Positions 17,915 to 26,297 of a stretch of DNA of 30,586 bases are shown piece by piece. Location of the stretch: positions 1 to 30,586 of the IMG/VR virus record IMGVR_UViG_3300037499_000079, one strand, 5' to 3'. A program made the translations under genes and the position numbers. The notes below the pieces were generated by a model. That model saw only the letters and a list, made by a program, of their open reading frames with translations, did not search any database and was not told the origin of the DNA. Numbering within the stretch: the first letter of the stretch is position 1; every line of letters begins with the position of its first letter. The DNA comes from a virus. Lineage: Duplodnaviria > Caudoviricetes.

Positions 17915-18352
17915 CTAGGCGACTTGGAGGAGGCCCTCAGCGTTGACGGTCAGATTGACCGCGCCACCGTTGCCGTTGGCCGGAGTGAGATCCTTCCAGG
18001 CTATCGGCCAATCGTTGGCGGGGTTGCCGTCCACGAACGCGTAATACAGCATGCCCACCCAGTTGCGCGTGCCGGCGGCGACTGTGGCCCCGAAGGTTCC
18101 GTCGGCGTAGTCGATCTCGCTCCGGTTATTTGGATCGTCCTGGGTGATGGTCGAGGCGCCAAGGTCGATCTCGGTGTAACCCGAGCCGTCGTACTCATCC
18201 AACGTCGTGATCGCCGAGATCGTCGCCGCGTCCTGGTCGGTGTCGGCGGTCGTGTCCGACATGCACAGGATGGCGCGAACGTCGAGCGTGTCGAAGTCGG
18301 CATCGCCCTTCGCCAGCTTCTGCTTTGCCGGGGTGTACCAAAAGTCAGCCAC
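17915..18352 (-). CDS. Putative virion structural protein (145 aa)
   Basis: AAGGAG RBS then GTG (VADFWYTPAKQKLAKGDADFDT..GSGYT..NGNGGAVNLTVNAEGLL); resembles a widespread small phage structural family often found next to fibre genes. Confidence 0.7.
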   Translation of the reverse strand: MADFWYTPAKQKLAKGDADFDTLDVRAILCMSDTTADTDQDAATISAITTLDEYDGSGYTEIDLGASTITQDDPNNRSEIDYADGTFGATVAAGTRNWVGMLYYAFVDGNPANDWPIAWKDLTPANGNGGAVNLTVNAEGLLQVA

Positions 18353-18365
18353 GGTGAGTCTCCTT

Positions 18366-19877
18366 CTAGGCCGCGGCCATCTCGCCGCACTTCGAACACT
18401 TGATCTCGACGGCGCCCGGTGGCGTCGCGGGATCCCGTTTGGCGAGGAGGCGATTGCAGCCCGTGCATCGCACCTCGGACGACATGGCCAGCAGCGGCAC
18501 TGGCTCGACGGTCGCGATCGCTCCGTTCCCACCGGGAAGGGCGAGTTGTCCGCGGGGGGGCGGATTCCCCCCAGCGGACACGGCGACGTAGTTGTTGGGC
18601 ATGATGTAGACGTCGTCGTTGGGCTCGACCAGCAGACCGACCGCGCGCTTGAAGTCCGAGCGCTTGACCAGACCCTTGGTGGCGGCCGCCTCGTATCGCT
18701 TCCACACGCCATCTGCGAAGGCCTGCATGGCGGCGACCTTGCGCCAGTCGAACCAGACGTCCAGCCCCTCGCGATCGATCTGGTCCCGGGATGCGAACTC
18801 GGGCAGCAGCTGTACCTCGAGCTCTGCCGCGAACAGGCGATGGAGCGGGATGACGCCCTCGGTGTAGGCCGCCACGCGCGCCTCGCCATAGTTGGTGAAG
18901 GTGTTGCGGTCGAGCCCAGCGCCCAACTGGGCCACGCCGGCGGGGACGTGCAGGTTGGCCGAGATACGCTCCTCGGGGATCCTGCGCAGGGCCTTGAGGT
19001 CCATTTCGGTCGGCGACCAGGACAGGACCTTGATCGAGGTCGGAGCGGTCATCACCATCGGCTCGCCGCGCTTGTCGCCGCCGAAGGTGTCCTTGAACTT
19101 CTGCTTCACGCCCTCGGCGTCGATCTTTCCGGTCGCCAGCCCGGTGTTCTCCGGCGCCAGGATCACGCCCGGCACGCCGAGGTTGCGCAGCATGGAGGCG
19201 GTGAAGTTGGCCGCCTCGTCATCGGTGAAGATCTCGCGGAAGAGCGGCTCCAGCTGGTCGCGGCCCTTGCGCGGGTTGTTTGGGTTCAGGCCGTTGCGGA
19301 AGTGGACGATGTTGCGCTTCTCGACCCGGTAGGCGACCCCGTCGACGGTGTACCAGTACTCCTCGATGAACGAGGTCGGCTCGCGCTCGTCCCACTTCGG
19401 CTCGACCATGAAGGCCGGCAGCCACCACAGCGCGATGACCCGGCCGGAGCGGTTGCGGACCTTCATCCAGTACGCGTCGCCGCGGATGTAGTCCACGATC
19501 GTCGCCATCCACTGCAGGACGCCGGAGTAGACCTCGTTCGGCTTCTCGAGCAAGCGCAGCATCGCGCCGGGGCCGGTGGCCGCCGGCGGGTAGGCGATCT
19601 CGACCGTGTCCTCGTGGATGATGCGAACCGGCGCCTCGGGGAAGTTGGTGGCGATCCAGCCCACCACGGCGCCGACCGCGCTGTTCTTGAGCGGGTCTCC
19701 GACCTCGCTGCGGTAGTCGAAGCGGGTACGGTTCAGCAGAATTGACCAGGCGGACCGGGTGCGGAAGATGACGGCCGACAGCGTCGCAGCGGCACCGTTG
19801 AGCGCGCCGAAGCTCACCCGCCCCACGCCGCGGGCGGCTGCACCGATCGGGGTGCGATTGAGAGCGGTGAGGTCCAT
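18366..19877 (-). CDS. Portal protein (HK97 family) with C-terminal Com-like zinc ribbon
   Basis: After terL; GDAYW, IVHFR, PGVI, ISANLHVP portal motifs; ends in EVRCTGCNRLLAK..VEIKCSKCG. Confidence 0.92.
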   Translation of the reverse strand: MDLTALNRTPIGAAARGVGRVSFGALNGAAATLSAVIFRTRSAWSILLNRTRFDYRSEVGDPLKNSAVGAVVGWIATNFPEAPVRIIHEDTVEIAYPPAATGPGAMLRLLEKPNEVYSGVLQWMATIVDYIRGDAYWMKVRNRSGRVIALWWLPAFMVEPKWDEREPTSFIEEYWYTVDGVAYRVEKRNIVHFRNGLNPNNPRKGRDQLEPLFREIFTDDEAANFTASMLRNLGVPGVILAPENTGLATGKIDAEGVKQKFKDTFGGDKRGEPMVMTAPTSIKVLSWSPTEMDLKALRRIPEERISANLHVPAGVAQLGAGLDRNTFTNYGEARVAAYTEGVIPLHRLFAAELEVQLLPEFASRDQIDREGLDVWFDWRKVAAMQAFADGVWKRYEAAATKGLVKRSDFKRAVGLLVEPNDDVYIMPNNYVAVSAGGNPPPRGQLALPGGNGAIATVEPVPLLAMSSEVRCTGCNRLLAKRDPATPPGAVEIKCSKCGEMAAA

Positions 19878-21637
19878 CAGGCGGCACTCCAGACTGCTGG
19901 CGCATCACCGTGTGCCAGCCAACGGTTGAGGGACATATCGAGCGCCACCATCCCGTCGATGCGCTCTGAGCTGTGTCGCTTCGAGGGCTTCTGGTTGCCG
20001 GAGGCATCGGTCTCGACCTCGACGTTGCCAGCCATCCAGCGCAGGATCGGATGGCCGCCGTGCCGCATGGCGTGATCGAGCACGATCTTCTCGAGCTCGC
20101 GCCAGGCCGGGCCGAGGCCGGCATGTGTCTGCGGGATGGCGGTGCATGTGGCGCCGTCGGCCATCAGCTCGGTGACGATGTGAGTGGCGTTCCAGCGGTC
20201 GAAGCCGATGTCGCCGATGACGTAGGTCTCGGCCAGCGCCAGCACCTCGTTGCGCACGAAGCTGTAGTCGGTCACGTTGCCCGGGGTGGCGATCAGGTAG
20301 CCGTCGCGCACCCAGTCCTCATACGGCACCCCGTCGCGGCGTGAGCGCTCCTGGACGCCGACCTCCGGGCACCAGAAGCGGCAGATGACGTCGTACCAGT
20401 GATGGAGGCAGTCGGGCCGGTCAAGGCAGCCGTGCTCGACCTTGGCCTCGGGGTTCTCGATGCGGAACAGCAGGATCAGCGCGGTCAGGTCGTTGACGCT
20501 GGCCAGGTCGAGCCCGGCGTACCCGCCGGCCCCATCGGGGATCTGTGGCTCTGCATCGTTGGCGTCCCACTCCTCGATGCTGATGGCGCGCGTGCTGACC
20601 GCGGTCGGGATGTTCATCCGGAATCGGAGGAAGGCACCCATGGCGGCGGGGGAGCGCTGCGCCTTGGCCGCCTGCTCGCGCATCGTCTCGAGCATCACCG
20701 AGACGCCGAGGTTCGGATTAGCCTTCGGCCACACCGCCTCGTCGAACGGGTCGTCACCCTCGTCGAGGGTGTAGATGATGGCAAAGGTGGAGTCGTCGGT
20801 AGCCCGGCCCTCGATGATCGCGACGGCGTCCGCCCGCTCGTCAGCCCACACCGACTCGCGCTTCACGCCGGCGGTCGTGATCTTGACGATCATGGGCTGG
20901 GTCCGGGCGCTGGTAGCGGTCTCAAGGTTGTCGATCAGGTCGCGATCGTCATGGACGTGGAGCTCGTCGATGATCGCGCCGTGGACGTTGATGCCCTGGT
21001 CGGTGTCGGAGTCCTTGCCCAGCGGCTGGCACTTCTGCGCCTTCGCCTGGCGGGAGAGTGCGGTGGCGCCGATCTTGATGCGGCCGCGCAGGCCGAGGTT
21101 CTTGCGGACCATCTGGACCGCATCGCTCCATCCGATCTTGGCCTGGTCGCGCTTGGTGGCGCCGAAGTAGACCTCGGCCCCGGGCTCGTCATCGAAGAAG
21201 GCGAGCAGCAGGCCGATGCCGGCCGCCATCAGCGTCTTGCCGTTCTTCTTGGCGACCTCGACGTACACGTTGCGGAAGCGCCGCAGGCCATCGTGGCGCT
21301 TCCAGCCGAAGGCGGAGCCGACGATGAACTGCTGCCAGCCGCCGAGGATGATGGGGTCGCCCTCGGGGTGTCCGGACCGCGGCCCCCACTGGCCCTTGTA
21401 GTGGCGCAGCAGCGGGAAGAAGCCGATCGCCTTCTCGGCAGCTGCGCGGTCGAAGGTCAACCCACGCTCGTGGCCGGTCGCGAGGTCGGAGAGGTGCCGT
21501 TCGCACGCCTTGCGCACCAGGCGGCCCGCCACGATCCGGCCCGCCACCACGTCGAGCGCGTACTGCGTGACGGCGTCGGGACGCTCAGGCGGCACCATCC
21601 GCCGCCGTGCGCGAGGGGCCAGGGTGGAGACGGTCAT
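19877..21637 (-). CDS. terL: Terminase large subunit
   Basis: Walker A VAKKNGKT, Walker B AIIDELH, ITTAG coupling motif, nuclease GLDLASVNDLTA and RIDGMVAL. Confidence 0.97.
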   Translation of the reverse strand: MTVSTLAPRARRRMVPPERPDAVTQYALDVVAGRIVAGRLVRKACERHLSDLATGHERGLTFDRAAAEKAIGFFPLLRHYKGQWGPRSGHPEGDPIILGGWQQFIVGSAFGWKRHDGLRRFRNVYVEVAKKNGKTLMAAGIGLLLAFFDDEPGAEVYFGATKRDQAKIGWSDAVQMVRKNLGLRGRIKIGATALSRQAKAQKCQPLGKDSDTDQGINVHGAIIDELHVHDDRDLIDNLETATSARTQPMIVKITTAGVKRESVWADERADAVAIIEGRATDDSTFAIIYTLDEGDDPFDEAVWPKANPNLGVSVMLETMREQAAKAQRSPAAMGAFLRFRMNIPTAVSTRAISIEEWDANDAEPQIPDGAGGYAGLDLASVNDLTALILLFRIENPEAKVEHGCLDRPDCLHHWYDVICRFWCPEVGVQERSRRDGVPYEDWVRDGYLIATPGNVTDYSFVRNEVLALAETYVIGDIGFDRWNATHIVTELMADGATCTAIPQTHAGLGPAWRELEKIVLDHAMRHGGHPILRWMAGNVEVETDASGNQKPSKRHSSERIDGMVALDMSLNRWLAHGDAPAVWSAA

Positions 21638-21999
21638 ACGATCGACACCGTCACATCGGGCTCGACCGTGAGCTTGCCCTTCAGCGGTGTCACGATCCGC
21701 CCCGAGGACAGCTTGACCTGGACGTCGTAGACCAGCCGGATCGTCCGCGCGGCGAGGGTCGACGTGTCGCCTGGCACGAGCTCGACCGTGGCCAGCCCAC
21801 CCGTGTCGTCCGTGATCGTGATCCCGTCACCGACCGCCTTCTGGAAGATGGCGTCGGCATCGGCGTCGCGGATGTGGCGCTTGGCCGTCATCCAGATCTC
21901 GGCGCCGGTCAAGTCGAGCGGGGCATCGTCCTCGGTCACGGTCAGGAGATAGGTCTCGCCATCGCCACGGATGGCCTCGATGTCGATGACGACGGTCAT
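21634..21999 (-). CDS. Small beta-sandwich structural protein (BppU N-terminal-like)
   Basis: RGD..LDLTGA..G.ATVEL.PGDT..YDVQV..G.LTVEPDVT pattern; GGAG RBS and ATGA coupling at 21999. Confidence 0.65.
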   Translation of the reverse strand: MTVVIDIEAIRGDGETYLLTVTEDDAPLDLTGAEIWMTAKRHIRDADADAIFQKAVGDGITITDDTGGLATVELVPGDTSTLAARTIRLVYDVQVKLSSGRIVTPLKGKLTVEPDVTVSIV

Positions 22000-22685
22000 G
22001 CCGCTCCTCCTACTGCCAGCGCCGACAGGATCCGTTCGTGCAGCGCCTCGATCCGCGGCCATGCCTCTTCCGGGTATCCCTCGCGCAGGTAGCCGGTCCA
22101 GGGGTAGGCATACCCGGCGCCGCGCAGCTGCGTGACCGGCTTCAGCGTGCCGCCGACCAGCGCCATGCCGTCGGGCACGTCACGGGTGATCGTCGTGTTC
22201 GCACCGACGAAGGCACCGATCCCGATCCGGACGCCAGCCACTACCACGCAACCGATGGCCAGCACCGCGCCCTCAGCGATGGTGGCCGGCGTTGTAGCGC
22301 GATTCGGCGGCGGAGGAAGGCGGACGTCGGTGATGTAGCAGTTGGCGTAGATGCGCGCGAAGTCCTGCAGCTCGCCCTCGGTCATCTCGCAGCGCCCGTG
22401 GATCCGCACATAGTCGCCGATGAGCCCGCCGCCCTCCAGCGAAGAGCCGGTGCCGATGCGCAGGTTGAGCCCCGCCTGGTTGCCGGTGCGCAGCAGGACG
22501 TGGTGCCCCGTCTCCAGGCCGGCCCCGTAGCTGGAGCCGCCCTCGACGATCGAGTGGCTGCGGACGATCGAACCGGGTCCCAGATCGAGGTAGCCGTGGT
22601 CGGAGCCGATGAGGCAGTACGCCTCGATGACGACCGAGGGGTCGATCTTGGTATTCGGATGGATGATGGCAGTGCGATGGATCAT
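21996..22685 (-). CDS. Hexapeptide-repeat (left-handed beta-helix) acyltransferase
   Basis: IHRTAIIHPNTKIDPSVVIEAYCLIG and IGIGAFVGANTTITRDVP hexapeptide repeats. Confidence 0.88.
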   Translation of the reverse strand: MIHRTAIIHPNTKIDPSVVIEAYCLIGSDHGYLDLGPGSIVRSHSIVEGGSSYGAGLETGHHVLLRTGNQAGLNLRIGTGSSLEGGGLIGDYVRIHGRCEMTEGELQDFARIYANCYITDVRLPPPPNRATTPATIAEGAVLAIGCVVVAGVRIGIGAFVGANTTITRDVPDGMALVGGTLKPVTQLRGAGYAYPWTGYLREGYPEEAWPRIEALHERILSALAVGGAA

Positions 22686-23233
22686 CGCGGGCCTCGCGCA
22701 TCGAGCGTGCGCTGCACGGCCCCGGCGTAGATGTGGTGACCGGCTGGGCTGAGGTGGAGCCCATCGTCGAGTAGGAGCCGGGCGTCCTCACCGAAGACCG
22801 CCCGCACGTCGATCAGCTCGACGAATCCATCGGCGGCCACATCGCGCAGGATCCTGTCGTAGATCTCCACGTCCTCGGCGTGCTGGGGGCTGCGCGTGCT
22901 GGGGGTCATCGTGCACAGGAAGGGAACAGCGCCGAAGGCTGAGCAGCGATCCACCATCTCGCCCAGGTTGGCGGCGAAGGCGGGCGGGGAGACGCGTGGC
23001 AGGCCACGGTCGGTGGCCCAGCGGTTGCAGTCGTTGTGGCCGAACTGGATGACCACCACCTCCGGGGATCGTGCCTGGACGTCGGTCGGGAAGCGCTCGA
23101 GCCCCAGCCGGGTCGTGTCGGATGGCACGCCGGCCGCGACGACATCGTGACCCTCGATCAGGGCCGGCCACGCCTTCTCGCCAGCGGCGAGGTACTGGCC
23201 GAAGGTGATGCTGTCGCCGATCGCAACCACCAT
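22682..23233 (-). CDS. SGNH/GDSL hydrolase-family protein
   Basis: Starts MVVAIGDSITFG (TGATG coupling); blocks AGVP, FGHND, DGLH. Confidence 0.9.
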   Translation of the reverse strand: MVVAIGDSITFGQYLAAGEKAWPALIEGHDVVAAGVPSDTTRLGLERFPTDVQARSPEVVVIQFGHNDCNRWATDRGLPRVSPPAFAANLGEMVDRCSAFGAVPFLCTMTPSTRSPQHAEDVEIYDRILRDVAADGFVELIDVRAVFGEDARLLLDDGLHLSPAGHHIYAGAVQRTLDARGPR

Positions 23234-24051
23234 CAGTACGGCACCGTCTCGTAGTCCCACACCGGCGCCGGAAGGCCCGCGACGTCGTCCTCCTGGCCTG
23301 TCTGCTTCACCACCATCACCCGGTCGTTGCAGAAGGCGCGGCCGGCGAGGATGTGCTTCTCGTCGCGCTGCAGGGTCAGGTGCTCGACGTAGTACGGCGC
23401 TTGGAGTGGCTGGGCGTCCATGACGGGGTATGGCGCTGCGCCGAGCCGACGCACCGAAGGGGCGATGCCGAACGGAACCCACACCCGCGTGCCGCCCAGG
23501 ATCCCGGTGTACCAGTAGTGGAACCGCTCCACGCGCAGCCCCGGCATCGATCGCAGGATGTGCTTGTGCTCGATGCGCTTCCCGGCGAGGCCCGCGTGCC
23601 AGTGTGAGGCGGCCGACTGCTCGAGCGATCGCTTCGGGTCCTTCGGGGTGTAGAAGGGCACGGTCAGCAGCACCACCAGCGGCTCGTCCGCGTACCACTC
23701 AAGCTCGGCGCGGGCCGCCTCGCGGTTGGCGTGGATGACGTGGTCGGCGTCGATCGGCACGATCCAGTCCGATCCCTCGGCCGCCCGCGCGAGCAGGAAG
23801 GAGCGCTTCTCGACCTGTCCGGCCCACAGGCGATCCGGGATGACCAGGTCGCACTCCAGGCCGACCTCGGCTGCCGTACTGGCGATGACCTCGGCCTGCT
23901 CTGGCGGACTCGCGATCTGCGCATCGGGATAGCGCCGATACGCCCCATCGACGGCCAGGATGCGGTCGGCGATGTCTGCTGCCCCGCGGACGCAGGCCGC
24001 CAGCAACTCGGGCGGTTCGTCGTACCAGGCCAGAGCGGCGGTGATCTTCAT
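23233..24051 (-). CDS. Glycosyltransferase, GT-A fold (GT2-like)
   Basis: Starts MKITAALAWYDE (ATGA coupling to terS); ILAVDG and DWIVPIDAD DxD motif. Confidence 0.8.
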   Translation of the reverse strand: MKITAALAWYDEPPELLAACVRGAADIADRILAVDGAYRRYPDAQIASPPEQAEVIASTAAEVGLECDLVIPDRLWAGQVEKRSFLLARAAEGSDWIVPIDADHVIHANREAARAELEWYADEPLVVLLTVPFYTPKDPKRSLEQSAASHWHAGLAGKRIEHKHILRSMPGLRVERFHYWYTGILGGTRVWVPFGIAPSVRRLGAAPYPVMDAQPLQAPYYVEHLTLQRDEKHILAGRAFCNDRVMVVKQTGQEDDVAGLPAPVWDYETVPY

Positions 24052-24527
24052 GGCTTCGCCGCCGTCTGCTCCCACTCTTCGAGCGGGTCGATCGGCCCGA
24101 CGTCGGCAGCAGTCACCTTGGCCCGGGCCGCTGGGGTGAGCCCGAACTCCGTCAGCATCAGCTTCGCGCGACGCCACGAATCCGCGGCGATCGCGACCTC
24201 TGGCCGCTGGCGGATCATCAGCCCGGCGTCGCCATTGGTCTCGAAGGTGGCCCCTTGCTTCGCGACGACTGCTCGGGCGGCCATGTAGTCGGCCAGCGCG
24301 TCGCACAGCAGCCCGAGCGCCACCGGGTCGGCCCCGGTCAGCACCTGCATCTGCACCAGCAGCGGGCGAATCCGCTTCCACCACGGATGCGAGCTCGTGC
24401 GCAGCCAGCGCGGCGGCGCCTCCTTGGCACGAGCTGCTGGCGGCTTCGGCTCGGCCGGGTTGGCGCGATCCTTGCGGGTCGTGCCCTCGAGCAGCTTGAG
24501 TCGCGTGGGCTTCGGCGGTCGGCCCAT
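24048..24527 (-). CDS. terS: Terminase small subunit, P27 family
   Basis: MGRPPKPTRLKLLEG..PPRWL..EFGLTPAAR signature. Confidence 0.93.
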   Translation of the reverse strand: MGRPPKPTRLKLLEGTTRKDRANPAEPKPPAARAKEAPPRWLRTSSHPWWKRIRPLLVQMQVLTGADPVALGLLCDALADYMAARAVVAKQGATFETNGDAGLMIRQRPEVAIAADSWRRAKLMLTEFGLTPAARAKVTAADVGPIDPLEEWEQTAAKP

Positions 24528-24603
24528 CAAACCCCTCGGTGCGGCGATGCCGGGGCAGATGCATCCACCCCGGCTCCTGCCGCTTGCCCGCTACTGCGCC
24601 CAG

Positions 24604-24804
24604 TCATGGCGCGTCTGAGCGGGTGTTCATCGTGGGACGCTCCGCCATCCGGCGGCGGGCGTCCCGCTTGATCTCGTCACTTCTCGCCTCGAGCCGGCGT
24701 CGAAGCGTGCGTCGAAACGCATGCTTCGCCCACAGATGGTCGGCGATCACCAGCGCGGTGACCGCGAGCAGCACCAGGAATAGGAGGTGAGGGAGCGGGA
24801 TCAT
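24604..24804 (-). CDS. Small membrane-anchored basic protein
   Basis: MIPLPHLLFLVLLAVTALVIADHLW followed by an Arg-rich tail; ATGA-coupled. Confidence 0.6.
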   Translation of the reverse strand: MIPLPHLLFLVLLAVTALVIADHLWAKHAFRRTLRRRLEARSDEIKRDARRRMAERPTMNTRSDAP

Positions 24805-25136
24805 CCCGTTGGCTCCCGAGGATCCCATGGCTGCGGGGCGGACGCATCCACCTTGACTTCCATCGCCGGGTCACCACCACTGGCCGTTACGGTTGGCGTG
24901 GTCAGGGCCTGTGACGCGCCGGCGGCCGATGCGGACTCCATCTGCTTTGCGATGCGGGCCGACTGCTGGTCGGAGAAGACGGAGTTGACGGCCAGCGTTG
25001 CCCAACCGATCAGCGCACCCTTCACCAGGTCGTCGAGCTGGAACGGGTACAGCACCAGCGCGTAGAAGACCCCACCGAAGACGAGGACGGCGTAGCCGAA
25101 CGAGAAGGCTGTTCGGAGGGGCTGCTGCTCGGTCAC
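24801..25136 (-). CDS. Two-TM membrane protein, holin-like
   Basis: GTGA-coupled start (VTEQQPLRTAFSFGYAVLVFGGVFYALVLY..GALIGWATLAVNSVF); within the lysis cluster. Confidence 0.6.
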   Translation of the reverse strand: MTEQQPLRTAFSFGYAVLVFGGVFYALVLYPFQLDDLVKGALIGWATLAVNSVFSDQQSARIAKQMESASAAGASQALTTPTVTASGGDPAMEVKVDASAPQPWDPREPTG

Positions 25137-25318
25137 TGGACGGCCAGCGCACGCCGAGCGGCGAGCAGAGCAGCTGCGATGGCGGCCTCGACGATCGCCT
25201 TCAGCCCGTCGGCTCCGAGCAGGTCGGTGCCGTCGCTGAAGACAGCGGAGCCGGCAAAGGCGACGATGAACACCGCCACGAAGGCTTCGATGAAGCGGGT
25301 GACGGTTGGCTTGGTCAT
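25133..25318 (-). CDS. Putative holin (61 aa, two hydrophobic segments)
   Basis: AGGAGG RBS, MTKPTVTRFIEAFVAVFIVAFAG..AAIAAALLAARRAL; immediately after the endolysin. Confidence 0.7.
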   Translation of the reverse strand: MTKPTVTRFIEAFVAVFIVAFAGSAVFSDGTDLLGADGLKAIVEAAIAAALLAARRALAVQ

Positions 25319-25332
25319 GGGGTTCTCTCCTC

Positions 25333-26163
25333 CTATGCGAGTGCGTTCTTGGCGGCGCTGATCTTCTGGTTGGCGATGTTGAGCGCCGCACTCAGCGGGG
25401 TGGTGGCGGCCTGGACCTCTGCGCTGCAGTCGGCCGGCAGGGACACCTGCTCCCACGGCGTCTCGGGGCCGCAGGTGCTGGTGTGGAGGTAGTAGACCTT
25501 GCTGGTCTCGGGGCGCCAGTAGGCGTACCAGATCGCGTTTCCGCTGACCGCTTCACCGACCACCGTGCCCATCAGCGCCAGGTTCAGCACGCCACCCAAC
25601 GCTCCACCGGGATCAGAGGCGATGGCGATGTTGGCCGGGTCAAGGCTCGGGGCCAACCGGTGGCGGGCGCCCTTGTTGACCGTCACCGTGCGGTTGGGCT
25701 TGGGGCTGAAACTGGGGTCCATGTCGTCCTCGTCCTCCGTTGCGCCGTTCTGAATCAGGAGCGGCCACCAGTCGACCTCGACGCCACTCGGGTCCTTGCA
25801 GCCGCCGTGGTCATGGCAAGCCGTCGCTCCGGTCGAGCCCAGGGTGCCGATACGCTGGCCTCGCACTACGGCCTGACCGAGCTTGACTTCGATGGTCGCC
25901 AGGTGAGCGGCGGCGGTCTCATAGCCGTTGGGGTGCTTGATGCGGACCACCTTGGCGTTGCCGATCAGGCCAGCCAGCGACACGATCCCGGGCCCCATGG
26001 CCAAGATCGGGTCGTTGCAGCGCCCGTTGCCGATGTCGATGCCGGGGCCTCGCCCCGAGGCAACATGCTCCGCGAAGGTGGAGGTCACCCGGAAGCTGCC
26101 GACGATGAGGGGCGAGCCGGGGGGCCGGATGGTGCCCGCCACGGGATTGCCGAAGGCGACCAT
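25333..26163 (-). CDS. Endolysin, M23 peptidase family, with putative cell-wall-binding C-terminal domain
   Basis: TGATG-coupled start MVAFGNPV; RVTSTF, GIDIG, AHLATIEVKLGQAVVRGQRIGTLGSTG, HDH. Confidence 0.85.
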   Translation of the reverse strand: MVAFGNPVAGTIRPPGSPLIVGSFRVTSTFAEHVASGRGPGIDIGNGRCNDPILAMGPGIVSLAGLIGNAKVVRIKHPNGYETAAAHLATIEVKLGQAVVRGQRIGTLGSTGATACHDHGGCKDPSGVEVDWWPLLIQNGATEDEDDMDPSFSPKPNRTVTVNKGARHRLAPSLDPANIAIASDPGGALGGVLNLALMGTVVGEAVSGNAIWYAYWRPETSKVYYLHTSTCGPETPWEQVSLPADCSAEVQAATTPLSAALNIANQKISAAKNALA

Positions 26164-26297
26164 CAGCGCGCTCCACCGCGTCCGTAGACCTCGTCGACCT
26201 TCTCGAGGTCCTCGGCGTCGTCGAGGTTGCATTCCTCGAAGCCGTGCTCGCGATGGAGCGTGTCGGTGCCGGGGTTGTGGTTCAGCAGGTAGGTCAT
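26163..26297 (-). CDS. Small acidic hypothetical protein (44 aa)
   Basis: Hand translation MTYLLNHNPGTDTLHREHGFEECNLDDAEDLEKVDEVYGRGGAR*; TAATG and TGATG overlaps at its ends. Confidence 0.6.
   Translation of the reverse strand: MTYLLNHNPGTDTLHREHGFEECNLDDAEDLEKVDEVYGRGGAR

Noticed and set aside
24527-24607. 26-aa ORF MTGRSSGQAAGAGVDASAPASPHRGV between the lysis cluster and terS
   Set aside because: Coupled at both ends, but very short, featureless and overlapping the palindrome; it cannot be supported as a gene from sequence alone.
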